DNA of 64,000 nucleotides from an uncultured Chloroflexia bacterium (GTDB lineage: Bacteria; Chloroflexota; Limnocylindria; Limnocylindrales; CSP1-4), in assembly GCA_963712745.1 (NCBI GenBank), contig CAVQJC010000006.1, positions 192,001 to 256,000 on the forward strand, written 5' to 3'. Under the pieces are notes generated by a model. That model saw only the letters and a list, made by a program, of their open reading frames with translations. It had not been told where the DNA came from and searched no databases. Shown here piece after piece: positions 33,631 to 42,698 of this stretch. The position numbers were made by a program, and so were the translations under genes. Each line of letters starts with the position of its first letter. The stretch's first letter is position 1.

Positions 33631-34631
33631 CTATCCCTCCTCGGCTCCTGCTACGGGCAGCAGGTTGATGAGGATGGTCGACGGGATTGCCATTCGTGAT
33701 GACCGGGATCGAGCATCCGTAGAGCCGAGGAGGGCGCCCGTCGCCACATCCTCCAGACGGGCCTCGATGACATAGCTGCCGGCCTCGTCGACTTCAGCGA
33801 TTTCATACTCGATCGAGAAGACTCGGGCTGGCCGCAACCGAAACCGACCGTCGACGATGAACTCGCCCACCAGCGCAGCGGCAGGTTCGGTCGCGAACTG
33901 TCTGACAGGGTCACCACCAAGCGCGCGTCGGTTCCGAGGTCCGCGAGATCGGAATCAGCGATCGGAGTCCTGATCCACCCACGTAACCGGTGGTGCCATC
34001 GTCGGTGGCCTTCACCAGCTCGATCTCGATGTCTTCCACGGGGTTGCCGTTCGTGATGACGGGAATGTCAGTCTCGCCGGATCCGGGTCAGTGCCCAACG
34101 CAACGAGGCGCTTGACCTCCGACTCCTCCATCCGTGTCCTCAGCACATACGCTACCGACCGTCGTCGATCGTCTGGATGCTGAAGTCGTACTCGATGCTG
34201 CACTCGTAGGTCCACGACCGCGCTGCGGCATTCTCGAAAACGGCCTCACCCAGCGGAGGGGTTCCAGCCTCCGAAGCCTGGGCGTCCTCGAGCGCTACGC
34301 ACGATCCGCACTGACCTCTGTGGCTGGGCGATGGCTCCAGTATTCACCACGCCACTCACGCTCGGCGGCAGCCGAGGCGATTTCTGCTCCTGCGGCCGCG
34401 CTCGCCCTGCCGCGTCGTCAAGACACCGGCTAGGAGGAAGCTGCCGAACAGCGCCACGATGGCACCGGCGAGAACGAACTTGGTTGCACTGAACATGGTC
34501 TGAAATCTCCGTTTGGGTGCCTGGGCGGCGACCGAGTGGGCCACGGCGAGCGCGTCGACAGGCGGCTCTGGGCCGGCCATACGGCTGAGCTCCTCGGCAA
34601 TGTCGTGTTCGAATGACGTCCTGTCACCCAT
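33631..34631 (-). pseudogene. Frameshifted putative anti-sigma/sensor (cassette 3): MFS..TM anchor plus two YbaY/YscW-like domains
   Basis: TM MFSATKFVLAGAIVALFGSFLLAG. Fragments VALEDAQ..PPLGEAVFEN..IEYD..YVLRTRME and VVTLSDSS..IEYEIAEVDEAGSYVIEARLED. Confidence 0.6.
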
Positions 34632-35181
34632 CGCTGAGCTCCTGTCGAAGTCGCGAGAGCAGCCGTTCCAGACGGTTGCGGGTGCCCGATGGGGTCAACC
34701 CGATAACCGTCGAGAGTTCGGTCGCGTTGAAGCCGGCGACATAGCGCATCGCGAGTAGCGCCCGTTCGTCCGGATCGAGGCCTTCGAGCGCATTCCGCAG
34801 GTCAGTGAGCCAACGCGCCTGCTCGACTGCACAGCCCGGACGCCGGATTCGCCGAGGCATCCGCTGTCGATCTCTACCTGTGAACGACGGCGCTGCTTGC
34901 GCAGCAGCTGCTGACCTCGTTCACGGCGATCGACACGAGCCAGGGTCTTACCCGTTCGGGTTCGCGGACCTTGCCGAGCTTGTTCAGGCGATGCAGCCGA
35001 GGCCGCTTGCACGGCCTCTTCGGCGATGGCCCGGTCGCGACGCGACGCAGACGCGCGATGCATCGTCACCGTTGTAGGCAGCGACGATGCGAGCGAACGC
35101 GACTTCCGATGTGCACCCTTCGCCGCTGATGCGACGACTCCGGAGAGTTCCCGGTCTGCAGTCCTGCGTCATGGCCTCCAT
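34624..35181 (-). pseudogene. Frameshifted ECF sigma factor (cassette 3)
   Basis: Fragments EVAFARIVAAY, IAEEAVQA and DLRNALEGLDPDERALLAMRYVAGFNATEL..TPSGTRNRLERLL. The stop overlaps the anti-sigma start. Confidence 0.8.
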
Positions 35182-35419
35182 GCCTGTAGATGCACCGAGA
35201 GTGTCCCGTGCCTGGGTAGGAGAGACAGAGTAGTGCGTTGTCCGTGCTTGCTCGGGCTGGCGCCCTGAGTCGATCGGGAGTCGGGCGTCAGGTGCAGTCC
35301 GACTCGAGACCGTCGGCGCGGGGCGTCCTAAGCATCCGGGTCACGGAGTGCGTGTCCGCCACGCAGGAAGGCGCGCCCTTGAGGGCATGACGAACGTCCA
35401 GCGCAGGCTGTTCGAGGAT

Positions 35420-35555
35420 GGCCGCCACAGGGGCCATGACCCGTAAGTCAATCGTCATCGAGAAAGTCGCCGTGGACGACCGGAGTGTCGACTCAATCAC
35501 GTGGACGCCGCAAGCGGCGCCCCTCTTCGAAAGACAGTGGTGGCGCCCCCAAGGG
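35420..35555 (+). pseudogene. Remnant of a recombinase C-terminus reading into tRNA 3'-end copy 4
   Basis: In frame MTRKSIVIEKVAVDDRSVDSITWTPQAAPLFERQWWRPQG, ending in TGGCGCCCCCAAGGG (35541-35555). It resembles large serine recombinase C-termini, but no catalytic domain is present. Confidence 0.6.
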
Positions 35556-36766
35556 TGTCTGAGTTCAGGACATAGGTGACACCTGATAGGTCACAGGTGA
35601 GTCGGGACATAGGTGACAGTCCGGTGCATGTCGAAGCATCGGGTGGCCGTCCTGAAGGTCCTCACGCATCAGTCGTCCGTCACCGCTGCCGCAGCCGAGG
35701 TGGGATCGGGGCCCTGCGCGAGCGCCGCTGCCGCGAGGGCGGACTCGAGGCGCTCGAGCCGCGGTCGCGGCGGCCACGACCAGCGGCCGCATACGCCGAG
35801 GCGGTCCGCGAGCGCATCGTCGCGTTGCGCACCGAGCTCACCGCGCAGGGCCTCGTGCCCGCCCCGACGATCGTCGGCACCTCGAGCGCGAAGGGCTCTG
35901 TTCGGACTCGACGATCCGGCGAGGTCCTCCATGCCGCGGGCCTCGTCGTGCCCGAGCCGCGCAAGCGCCGCGCAGCTCGCGGACCGCTCGAGGCGACTGA
36001 TCCCAACGCTGTGGCAGTCGGACGTGCCCACTGGCGAGCTGCGAGGACAGCGACGCTCGTCGACCCACTGCCGGCTCGCTCGACTGCGGCCGCACTCGAC
36101 GGTGACGACGTGGTGGCCTCGTTCTGCGGGCGAGCCCACTGGCTCCGCGGCACGCTCACGACGCGCGGTCTACACCTCGCGCTTCACGGGTGGGCGCAAC
36201 GCTTGAGTACCTGCTCGCCTACCTCGGTAGTCAAGCAGAAGAACGGGGCGCCTGGCCATCCCCAGACGCAGGGCAAGATCGAGCGCTTCCACCAGACCTT
36301 GAAGCGCTGGCTCGCACAGCGACCCGCGGCACGGACCATCCCTGGCTGCAGGCCCAGCTCGAGACCGCTCGGCGCCGAGCCTACGGCGCGACCGCACCGG
36401 GCTCTCGGGCGCCGGCACCCCGGCCGAGGCCTACCGGGCGAGCCCGAAGGCCCACCCCGCCGGGCGCGGCGCCCCAGGGCATCTGCGCCTGCGCTACGAC
36501 CTGGTCGACAAGGGCGGCCGCATCACGTTGCGCCGGGCCGGTCGCCTGCACCACCTGGGGATCGGGGCCGCCCATGCCCGCAAGCGCGTGCCTGGCCATC
36601 GTCGATGAGCGCGCGGTCACGGACGTGCGACCGTCGGACCGGCGAGGTCCTCTCAACCATCGGATCGCGCCCGTCGGTGACTGGCGCAACCAACGACGAC
36701 CGGCAGCTGGTTCATCGGTTGTCACCGATGTCCCGACTCATCTGTCACCTATGTCGCGACTATGCA
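35556..36766 (+). mobile_element. IS481-family element, heavily frameshifted, inserted at the tRNA-Glu 3' end
   Basis: Starts TGT and ends CA. GGACATAGGTGACA occurs twice at the left and inverted (GTCACCGATGTCCC, TGTCACCTATGTC) at the right. Transposase fragments PNxLWQSD and HPQTQGKIERFHQTLKRWL. Flanked by tRNA-end direct repeats. Confidence 0.85.
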
Positions 36767-36767
36767 G

Positions 36768-36834
36768 CGGCGCCCCAGGGATTCGAATCTCCACCTTGAA
36801 AGGGTGGCGTCCTAGGCCTCTAGACGATGGGGGC
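36768..36834 (-). tRNA. tRNA-Glu (anticodon TTC), T-arm/3' part degraded in this sequence
   Basis: Minus strand GCCCCCATCGTCTAGAGGCCTAGGACGCCACCCTTTCAAGGTGGAGA-TTCGAATCCCTGGGGCGCC. The D-arm and anticodon arm are intact, but the 5' strand of the T-stem is missing. Confidence 0.85.
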
Positions 36835-36887
36835 CAGCGACCGAGGGAGTGTACCCGAGGCGGCGACTCCACCCCGGGCGGCGTCAA

Positions 36888-37184
36888 TCAGACGCGGATG
36901 AAGGTGAACACCGAGGCCGCCGCGAGACAACCTGCCGCGGCCATCGCGAAGATCCCGCCCATGGCCGCGCCCAGCAACGAGCCGCCGGTCCGGCCCCAGC
37001 GTGCGTCCTTCAACGCCCGCGTCAGGAACCAGGCGGAGATGAAAGCCAGCGTCAGGCCGAGAACGGCAAGACCGGCGACGGTGAAGGCGATGTTCTGGCC
37101 GGAGCGGTCGAGGATGAGGCCGTAGAGGACGACGAGTCCCGAGGCGACGAGGACGACCACGACCGCGATGCGTACGAGCGCCAC
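36888..37184 (-). CDS. Small 3-TM membrane protein
   Basis: Hydrophobic ORF VALVRIAVVVVLVASG...FTFIRV. Confidence 0.6.
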   Translation of the reverse strand: MALVRIAVVVVLVASGLVVLYGLILDRSGQNIAFTVAGLAVLGLTLAFISAWFLTRALKDARWGRTGGSLLGAAMGGIFAMAAAGCLAAASVFTFIRV

Positions 37185-37237
37185 GGACCGAGTATAGGTA
37201 CGCCCGCCGATGTGGGCCGACGAGCAGCCGTCCGCCC

Positions 37238-38782
37238 TCAACCGAGCCGGACGACCACGCCGTCACGCCCGGGCAGGCTCACCCGCAGGTTCCCTGCGAC
37301 CACGCGGGCCGACCGTTCGCCTGGAGCACCTCCGCTCAGCTCCACGAGCCGGGCAGTACCAGCGTCGAAGGGCAGCGTCACATCCCAGTCGAGGGCGTGG
37401 GTCTCGGCGTTGGCCACGACCACGAAGGCGTCCTGGCCATGACGCCGCAGATAGGCGACAGCGGCGCCCGCGGTCCCGAGCAGCGACAGCTCCCCGTCGC
37501 GCAGAGCCGGGCTCGAATGGCGCAAGGCGATGAGGTCGGCCAACCACCCGTTCGGCGCTCGCTGCCACTGGCCCGGATCCTCGGGGAAGGCGCGCCGGCA
37601 CTGCGGGTCCATGGAGCCTTGCATGCCGATCTCGTCGCCGTAGTAGACGCAGGGGGCGCCTGGCAGGGTCATCTGCAGGAGCATGGCCAGCCGCATCGAA
37701 TCGAGGTCACCGCCGCAGAGCGTCAAGGCCCGCGGCGTGTCATGGGAGCCCAGCAGGTTGAGCTGGACGGCGGTCACGGCCGGGTCATTGAGCCGCCGCA
37801 GCTCGTCGATCCGCCCCCACAGACCCTCACCGTCGAGAGGCACCACCGCATGCAGTCCCTGGTAGCCCACCGGGATGGGCTGGGACGTGTCCCATCGCTC
37901 CTGCGCGGCGAACCCGAGCATGGCCCGCGTCAGCGGGTAGTTCATGAAGGCGTCGAACATGCCGCCGGCAAGCCAGTCGGGCTTGTGCACCCAGACCTCC
38001 GCCACGAGGTAGGCCTCGGGGTTCACCGCGCGCACCCGCTGGTGGAACGCACGCCAGAAGTCGGCCCCCACCTCCTCGGCCACGTCCAGGCGCCAACCGT
38101 CGATACCGAAGCGGATCCAGTGCTCGGCGACGTCGAGGATGAACGCGCGGGCGTGCGGCTCGTCCAGGTCGATCTTGGGCAGCTTGGGCAGATCCCACCA
38201 GGCTTCGTAACCGAGGATCTCCCTCGACACCGATCCCATCGGTGCCCCCGCCGCGTGCCGTGCTTCGATCTGGGCGGTCTGTGCGGCCGAGGGGAACGGA
38301 CTCAGCTCCTGGGTCCCCGCGAGCACGCCCTCCGAGAGATGGAACCAGTCGCGATACGGAGAATGGCGCCCGTTCTCGAGCACATGATGGAAGGGCCACC
38401 AGCCACGGCCGGAGTGGTTGAAGACGCCATCCAACACGACCCGCATGTCGCGCCCGTGGGCTTCGTCGAGCAGCACACGCAGCGCCTCGTTGCCGCCGAG
38501 CAGCGGGTCGACCGTGTAGTAGTCGTCGGTGTGATAGCGGTGGTTGGAGGCGGAGGCGAAGACCGGGTTCAGGTACAGCGCCGTGATGCCCAGACCCCGG
38601 AGTCGGTCAAGGTGGGATACGAGGCCGTAAAGGTCGCCGCCCTTGAACCCGTCGGTGGTGGGCTCGGCAGCCCAGGCTTCCAGCTCCCCCGGGGCCTCGA
38701 CACGGCCGCTCCGGGCCAGCCGGTCCGGAAGGACCTGGTAGAAGACGGCGTCTCTGACCCAGGCCGGCGTCTCGATCCTCAT
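37238..38782 (-). CDS. GH13 neopullulanase/cyclomaltodextrinase-like alpha-glycosidase
   Basis: PAWVRDAVFYQ, SNHRYHT, LDGVFNH, DGWRLDVA, AEVW, LGSHDT and YYGDEIG motifs. Confidence 0.94.
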   Translation of the reverse strand: MRIETPAWVRDAVFYQVLPDRLARSGRVEAPGELEAWAAEPTTDGFKGGDLYGLVSHLDRLRGLGITALYLNPVFASASNHRYHTDDYYTVDPLLGGNEALRVLLDEAHGRDMRVVLDGVFNHSGRGWWPFHHVLENGRHSPYRDWFHLSEGVLAGTQELSPFPSAAQTAQIEARHAAGAPMGSVSREILGYEAWWDLPKLPKIDLDEPHARAFILDVAEHWIRFGIDGWRLDVAEEVGADFWRAFHQRVRAVNPEAYLVAEVWVHKPDWLAGGMFDAFMNYPLTRAMLGFAAQERWDTSQPIPVGYQGLHAVVPLDGEGLWGRIDELRRLNDPAVTAVQLNLLGSHDTPRALTLCGGDLDSMRLAMLLQMTLPGAPCVYYGDEIGMQGSMDPQCRRAFPEDPGQWQRAPNGWLADLIALRHSSPALRDGELSLLGTAGAAVAYLRRHGQDAFVVVANAETHALDWDVTLPFDAGTARLVELSGGAPGERSARVVAGNLRVSLPGRDGVVVRLG

Positions 38783-38841
38783 GGCCGCAGGGTATCGCCT
38801 CCGACTCCGAGCCGGCGCGCCGGCGTGGGACAATCGAGCCC

Positions 38842-39216
38842 ATGTGGGAGACGGTCAAAGCGATGCCGCCGGGCGTGCTCTTCTTCATGGGCTATGCCTT
38901 CGTCGTGCTCTCGGTCCTGGGGTTGTTCATGTCCCGTGTCATCGACGAGGCCGTGCAGGCGCCGATCTCGTTCATCGGGATCGTGTGGATGGCGTTGCTG
39001 GCATACCTCATCTTCACCATGACGCTGGTGCTGCAGAAGAAGCAGGCTGCCTACGGGCTCTCGCTGGGCCTGACCTCGCTCTTGCTGCCGCTGGCCGCCG
39101 TGCTGCTCTTCGCGCCGGCCGGCTGGATCATCTCGATCGCGGCCATCGTGCTCTTCGCGGTCGTGGTCCTGTCGCTGCGGCGGCCGCGCAGTCGCGCCTG
39201 GTTCTCGGAGCCGTAG
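38842..39216 (+). CDS. 4-TM membrane hypothetical protein
   Basis: Hydrophobic 124 aa ORF. Confidence 0.65.
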   Translation: MWETVKAMPPGVLFFMGYAFVVLSVLGLFMSRVIDEAVQAPISFIGIVWMALLAYLIFTMTLVLQKKQAAYGLSLGLTSLLLPLAAVLLFAPAGWIISIAAIVLFAVVVLSLRRPRSRAWFSEP

Positions 39217-39218
39217 GC

Positions 39219-39878
39219 GTGAGCGCGATGGGTGGTCGCCGACGCTGGGTCATCCTCGACGTGGGCGAGACCATCATCGACGAGTCGCGCTTCTGGCGAG
39301 CCTGGGCTGACGAGCTGGGCATCGCGGAGATGACGTTCATGTCCGTGTTCGGGGCCATCGTCGCCCGTGGTCAGGGCTATCAGGACATCGCGAGCTACTT
39401 CGACATCGCCGACTGGCGGCTCCACCGCGAGGCGGTCGACGCACGCATCGGTGGCTTCACGGCGGAAGATCTCTATCCCGACGTCGTGCCGGCCATGCGC
39501 GCTCTTGGTGAGCGAGGCTATCGAGTCGCGGTCATGGGCAACCAGCCGGCCGAACGACACGCTCAGCTGCAGGCGATCGGCGTGCGGCCTGAGGTGATGG
39601 CCATGAGCGAGTCGATGGGTCCCATGAAACCCGATCGGGCATTCTTCGCAGCCGCCCTCGCTCTGCTCGGCAACCCCGATCCCGGCTCCGTCGCGTACGT
39701 GGGCGACCGCATCGACAACGACGTGGTCCCCTCCTCGGTCGCGGGTATGCGCGCCATCTGGCTGCGTCGCGGTCCCTGGGGCATCGTTCCGATCGGCGAA
39801 CCACCCGAGGCCGACCTGGTGGTCGACTCGCTCACCGAGCTGGCAGCCCGCATCGATGAGGCCTGGAGCGATAGCTAG
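39219..39878 (+). CDS. HAD-family hydrolase
   Basis: LDVGETIIDE (motif I variant), KPD and YVGDRIDNDV. Confidence 0.88.
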   Translation: MSAMGGRRRWVILDVGETIIDESRFWRAWADELGIAEMTFMSVFGAIVARGQGYQDIASYFDIADWRLHREAVDARIGGFTAEDLYPDVVPAMRALGERGYRVAVMGNQPAERHAQLQAIGVRPEVMAMSESMGPMKPDRAFFAAALALLGNPDPGSVAYVGDRIDNDVVPSSVAGMRAIWLRRGPWGIVPIGEPPEADLVVDSLTELAARIDEAWSDS

Positions 39879-40846
39879 GCGTCGGCCGGCACCGGCAGCT
39901 CGGCCAGTCGAGCCACCGTGTCCCACAGCCAGCGACGCTCGGCCGCATCGAGGCGGGTCATCGGCGCTCGGTCGAAGGGTCTGGGCCGTCGGTCGAGGTA
40001 GAGCCGGCCGTCGGGGCCGGGCACGGACGCGGCGGCCAGCCAGGTGATGGTGTCTACGGCCTGTGCGGGCGTGCGCAGCAGCGGCCGCATCAGCCGATAG
40101 AAGCCGGGCAGCTGCTCGGCCAGGCCGGGCGTGTCAGCCCAGCCGGGATGCATGGCATCGAAGCGCACGTTGCCGCGGTAGCGCCGCGCCCACTCACGGA
40201 TGAGCGCCGTCGCGGCCCGCTTGGCTCGGGCATAGGCGATGGTGCCGTTGAACCCGCCACGTTCGAACTGCAGGTCGTCGAGCGGCAGCGCCTGAAAGTA
40301 CATGCCACCGGAGACCACCGTGATGACGCGGCCGTCGCCGGAGGCCTCGAGCATCGGCAAGAGCCCATCGATGAGGGCGAACGGACCCACGACCATGGTG
40401 GCGAAGGTAGCCTCCAGGCCCTCGTCGGTCTCGATCCGCTGCTCATGGATGGCACCGGCGCTGTCGACGAGCACGTCCAGCCTTGGCTCTGCCTCCGATA
40501 TGCGCTCCACGACCTGGTGAACACTCTGGAGCGAGGACATGTCTGCCACGAAGAGGGGAAAGCGATCCTCGCCATGACGCTCGACGAGTTCAGCGCGGAC
40601 ACGTGCGAGACGCTCGTCGTTGCGTCCCACGAGGATGACGCGGGCGCCGCGCCCGGCCATGGCCTCCGCAGTCGCCCGACCGAGCCCGGACGTCGGCCCG
40701 GTGATGAGCACGGCCTTCCCGGCCAGCGCATCGGACGCAGGCTCTGCCCAGTCGAACAGCCGTCGGCGCAACTGGTAGCCGGGGCGGCTGAAGCTGCCGA
40801 CGATGCTCAGCTCGAGGAAGCCGTCGACCAGGCTGCTAGCGTCCAC
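39875..40846 (-). CDS. Short-chain dehydrogenase/reductase (DHRS12-like)
   Basis: ITGPTSGLG, VSGGMY, YARAK and MHPGWADTPG motifs. Confidence 0.92.
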   Translation of the reverse strand: MDASSLVDGFLELSIVGSFSRPGYQLRRRLFDWAEPASDALAGKAVLITGPTSGLGRATAEAMAGRGARVILVGRNDERLARVRAELVERHGEDRFPLFVADMSSLQSVHQVVERISEAEPRLDVLVDSAGAIHEQRIETDEGLEATFATMVVGPFALIDGLLPMLEASGDGRVITVVSGGMYFQALPLDDLQFERGGFNGTIAYARAKRAATALIREWARRYRGNVRFDAMHPGWADTPGLAEQLPGFYRLMRPLLRTPAQAVDTITWLAAASVPGPDGRLYLDRRPRPFDRAPMTRLDAAERRWLWDTVARLAELPVPADA

Positions 40847-40848
40847 CG

Positions 40849-41292
40849 TCAGCTCCGCACCTGCGCGTCGAGCTCGCGCTTCATACCCTCGACCGCGCCC
40901 TTGGCGATGCCGTCGAAGCCCCGGCCGAGGAGGGGCTGGATGACGCCCAGCAGGCCGCTAAGCTTGATCTCAGCCTGGTAGTCGACGCGGGTACCCGTGG
41001 CCGTCTCGGCGAAGGTGAGGACGTCCTCCGTCCACACGCCTGAACCCTCGCCGATGAGCACGATCCGCGTCGGCGCCTCGAGCTCGGTAATGCGATACTC
41101 CATGGGCACGGCCTTGCGGACCGTCTTCACCTCGAGCTTGTAGCGACTGCCGACGGCCGGGCCACCCTCGCCGATCTGTTTCGCGGACATGGTGTTGGGA
41201 TCCCATTCCGCGTTCCGGCTCCAGTCCGCCACATAGGCGAACGCCTCTGCGCGCGGGAGCGCCGTTTCCAGGGACTCACTCAGCTTGGTCAT
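40849..41292 (-). CDS. SRPBCC (polyketide cyclase/START) family protein
   Basis: EAFAYVADWSRNAEWDP...GTRVDY. Confidence 0.85.
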   Translation of the reverse strand: MTKLSESLETALPRAEAFAYVADWSRNAEWDPNTMSAKQIGEGGPAVGSRYKLEVKTVRKAVPMEYRITELEAPTRIVLIGEGSGVWTEDVLTFAETATGTRVDYQAEIKLSGLLGVIQPLLGRGFDGIAKGAVEGMKRELDAQVRS

Positions 41293-41322
41293 GGGTCTTC
41301 TCCGTCTGGGGGTTGCGTAGGC

Positions 41323-41350
41323 TGTACAAACATTGTACCATCTTTGTACA
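41323..41350. promoter_or_regulatory. CarH/LitR-type operator: three TGTAC(A/C) at exact 11-bp spacing
   Basis: TGTACA at 41323, TGTACC at 41334 and TGTACA at 41345, in a divergent intergenic region. Confidence 0.75.
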
Positions 41351-41417
41351 CCACGTAATCAGAGCGTGATTCGTCGTTGCAGAGGCGGCAATCACGAACC
41401 AAGGGGGAAGAGGAACC

Positions 41418-42698
41418 ATGGACATCGCCATCATCGGAGGGGGCGTCAGTGGACTGTCTGCCGCGTGGGCCCTGCACCGGGACCACCACATCCGACTGTT
41501 CGAGCGCGAGCTGCAGCCGGGCGGCCACGTCAAGACCGTGACTGTGCCGACCGCGAGCGGCCCCGTCAACGTCGATACCGGCTTCATCGTCTACAACGAG
41601 CCGACCTACCCCTACCTGACAGCCCTCTTCGAGGAGCTCGGCATCGAGACGCAGGCCACGGAGATGACCCTCGGCCATGCATGCAAGGCGTGCGGACTGG
41701 AGTTCGGCTCGCGGCGTCCGTCAAGCATGTTCGCCCAGCCCGATGCCCTGGCGCGGCCGTCGCACTGGCGCATGATCGCGGACATCCGCCGCTTCTACTC
41801 CGTCGCCCGTGAGAGGCTTGACGCCGACGTGTGGACGCGCGAGACGCTCGCCGAATTCCTCGAGGCCGGTGGCTACGGCAACGCTTTCCGCAACCACTTC
41901 CTGGTACCGGTCGTCTCGGCCGTGTGGTCGACCTCTGCCGCCGAGATCATGGACTTCCCGGTCGACTACCTGCTGCGCTTCCTCGACAACCACGGGCTCA
42001 TCGGGTTCGGCAACGGCAAGCCCTGGCGCACCGTCGTCGGTGGCTCGATGACCTACGTCGAGCGCATCATCGAGCGTCTGCCGAACGATGCCCTCGTGGC
42101 GGGCGATCCGGTCGTGGACATCCGTCGAGACGCCGAGGGCGTGACCGTGACCACCCTGTCCGAGCGCACCGAGCGTTTCGACGCGGTCATCATGGCCACG
42201 CACGCCGATGTCGCCCTCACCTTGCTCAACGATGCCGACAAGGCCGAGCGAGAAGCCCTGGGGCTCTTCGAGTACACCACCAACCAGGTCGTGCTCCATA
42301 CCGACGAGTCGGTCCTGCCCCGGCGCGCACGCGCACGCGGCTCGTGGAATGTCGATACCGTGGACTGCCGCATCCCCGGGGAGCAGCTCATGATGAGCTA
42401 CTGGATGAACAGCCTCCAGCGTCTGGACACGAAGGAGCAGTACATCACCTCGGTCAACCCCGGCGACCAGATCCCCGATGAGAAGGTCATCGTCTCTCGT
42501 CCGATGTCGCACCCCAAGTACACCTTCGACACGCTCGACGGCCAGGCGACCCTGGGCAAGCTCCAGGGCCACCGCCGCACGTTCTACGCCGGCGCCCACC
42601 TTGGGTACGGGTTCCACGAGGACGGCTGTCGATCGGGGTTCCAGGCCGCGGAGTTGGCCGCTGCCATCGAGCCGGCTGCGCTCGAGGTGGCGGCGTGA
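41418..42698 (+). CDS. FAD-dependent oxidoreductase (COG2907; UfaD-like fatty acyl desaturase)
   Basis: IAIIGGGVSG, GGH..VDTGFIVYN, YWMN, GYGFHEDG, followed by DUF1365 and cfa genes. Confidence 0.88.
   Translation: MDIAIIGGGVSGLSAAWALHRDHHIRLFERELQPGGHVKTVTVPTASGPVNVDTGFIVYNEPTYPYLTALFEELGIETQATEMTLGHACKACGLEFGSRRPSSMFAQPDALARPSHWRMIADIRRFYSVARERLDADVWTRETLAEFLEAGGYGNAFRNHFLVPVVSAVWSTSAAEIMDFPVDYLLRFLDNHGLIGFGNGKPWRTVVGGSMTYVERIIERLPNDALVAGDPVVDIRRDAEGVTVTTLSERTERFDAVIMATHADVALTLLNDADKAEREALGLFEYTTNQVVLHTDESVLPRRARARGSWNVDTVDCRIPGEQLMMSYWMNSLQRLDTKEQYITSVNPGDQIPDEKVIVSRPMSHPKYTFDTLDGQATLGKLQGHRRTFYAGAHLGYGFHEDGCRSGFQAAELAAAIEPAALEVAA

Noticed and set aside
27250-35555. Repeated 16-mer as a CRISPR array or integron attC sites
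   Set aside because: Spacing is 1-5 kb, there are no cas or intI genes and no attC-like palindrome, and the repeat equals the tRNA 3' end.
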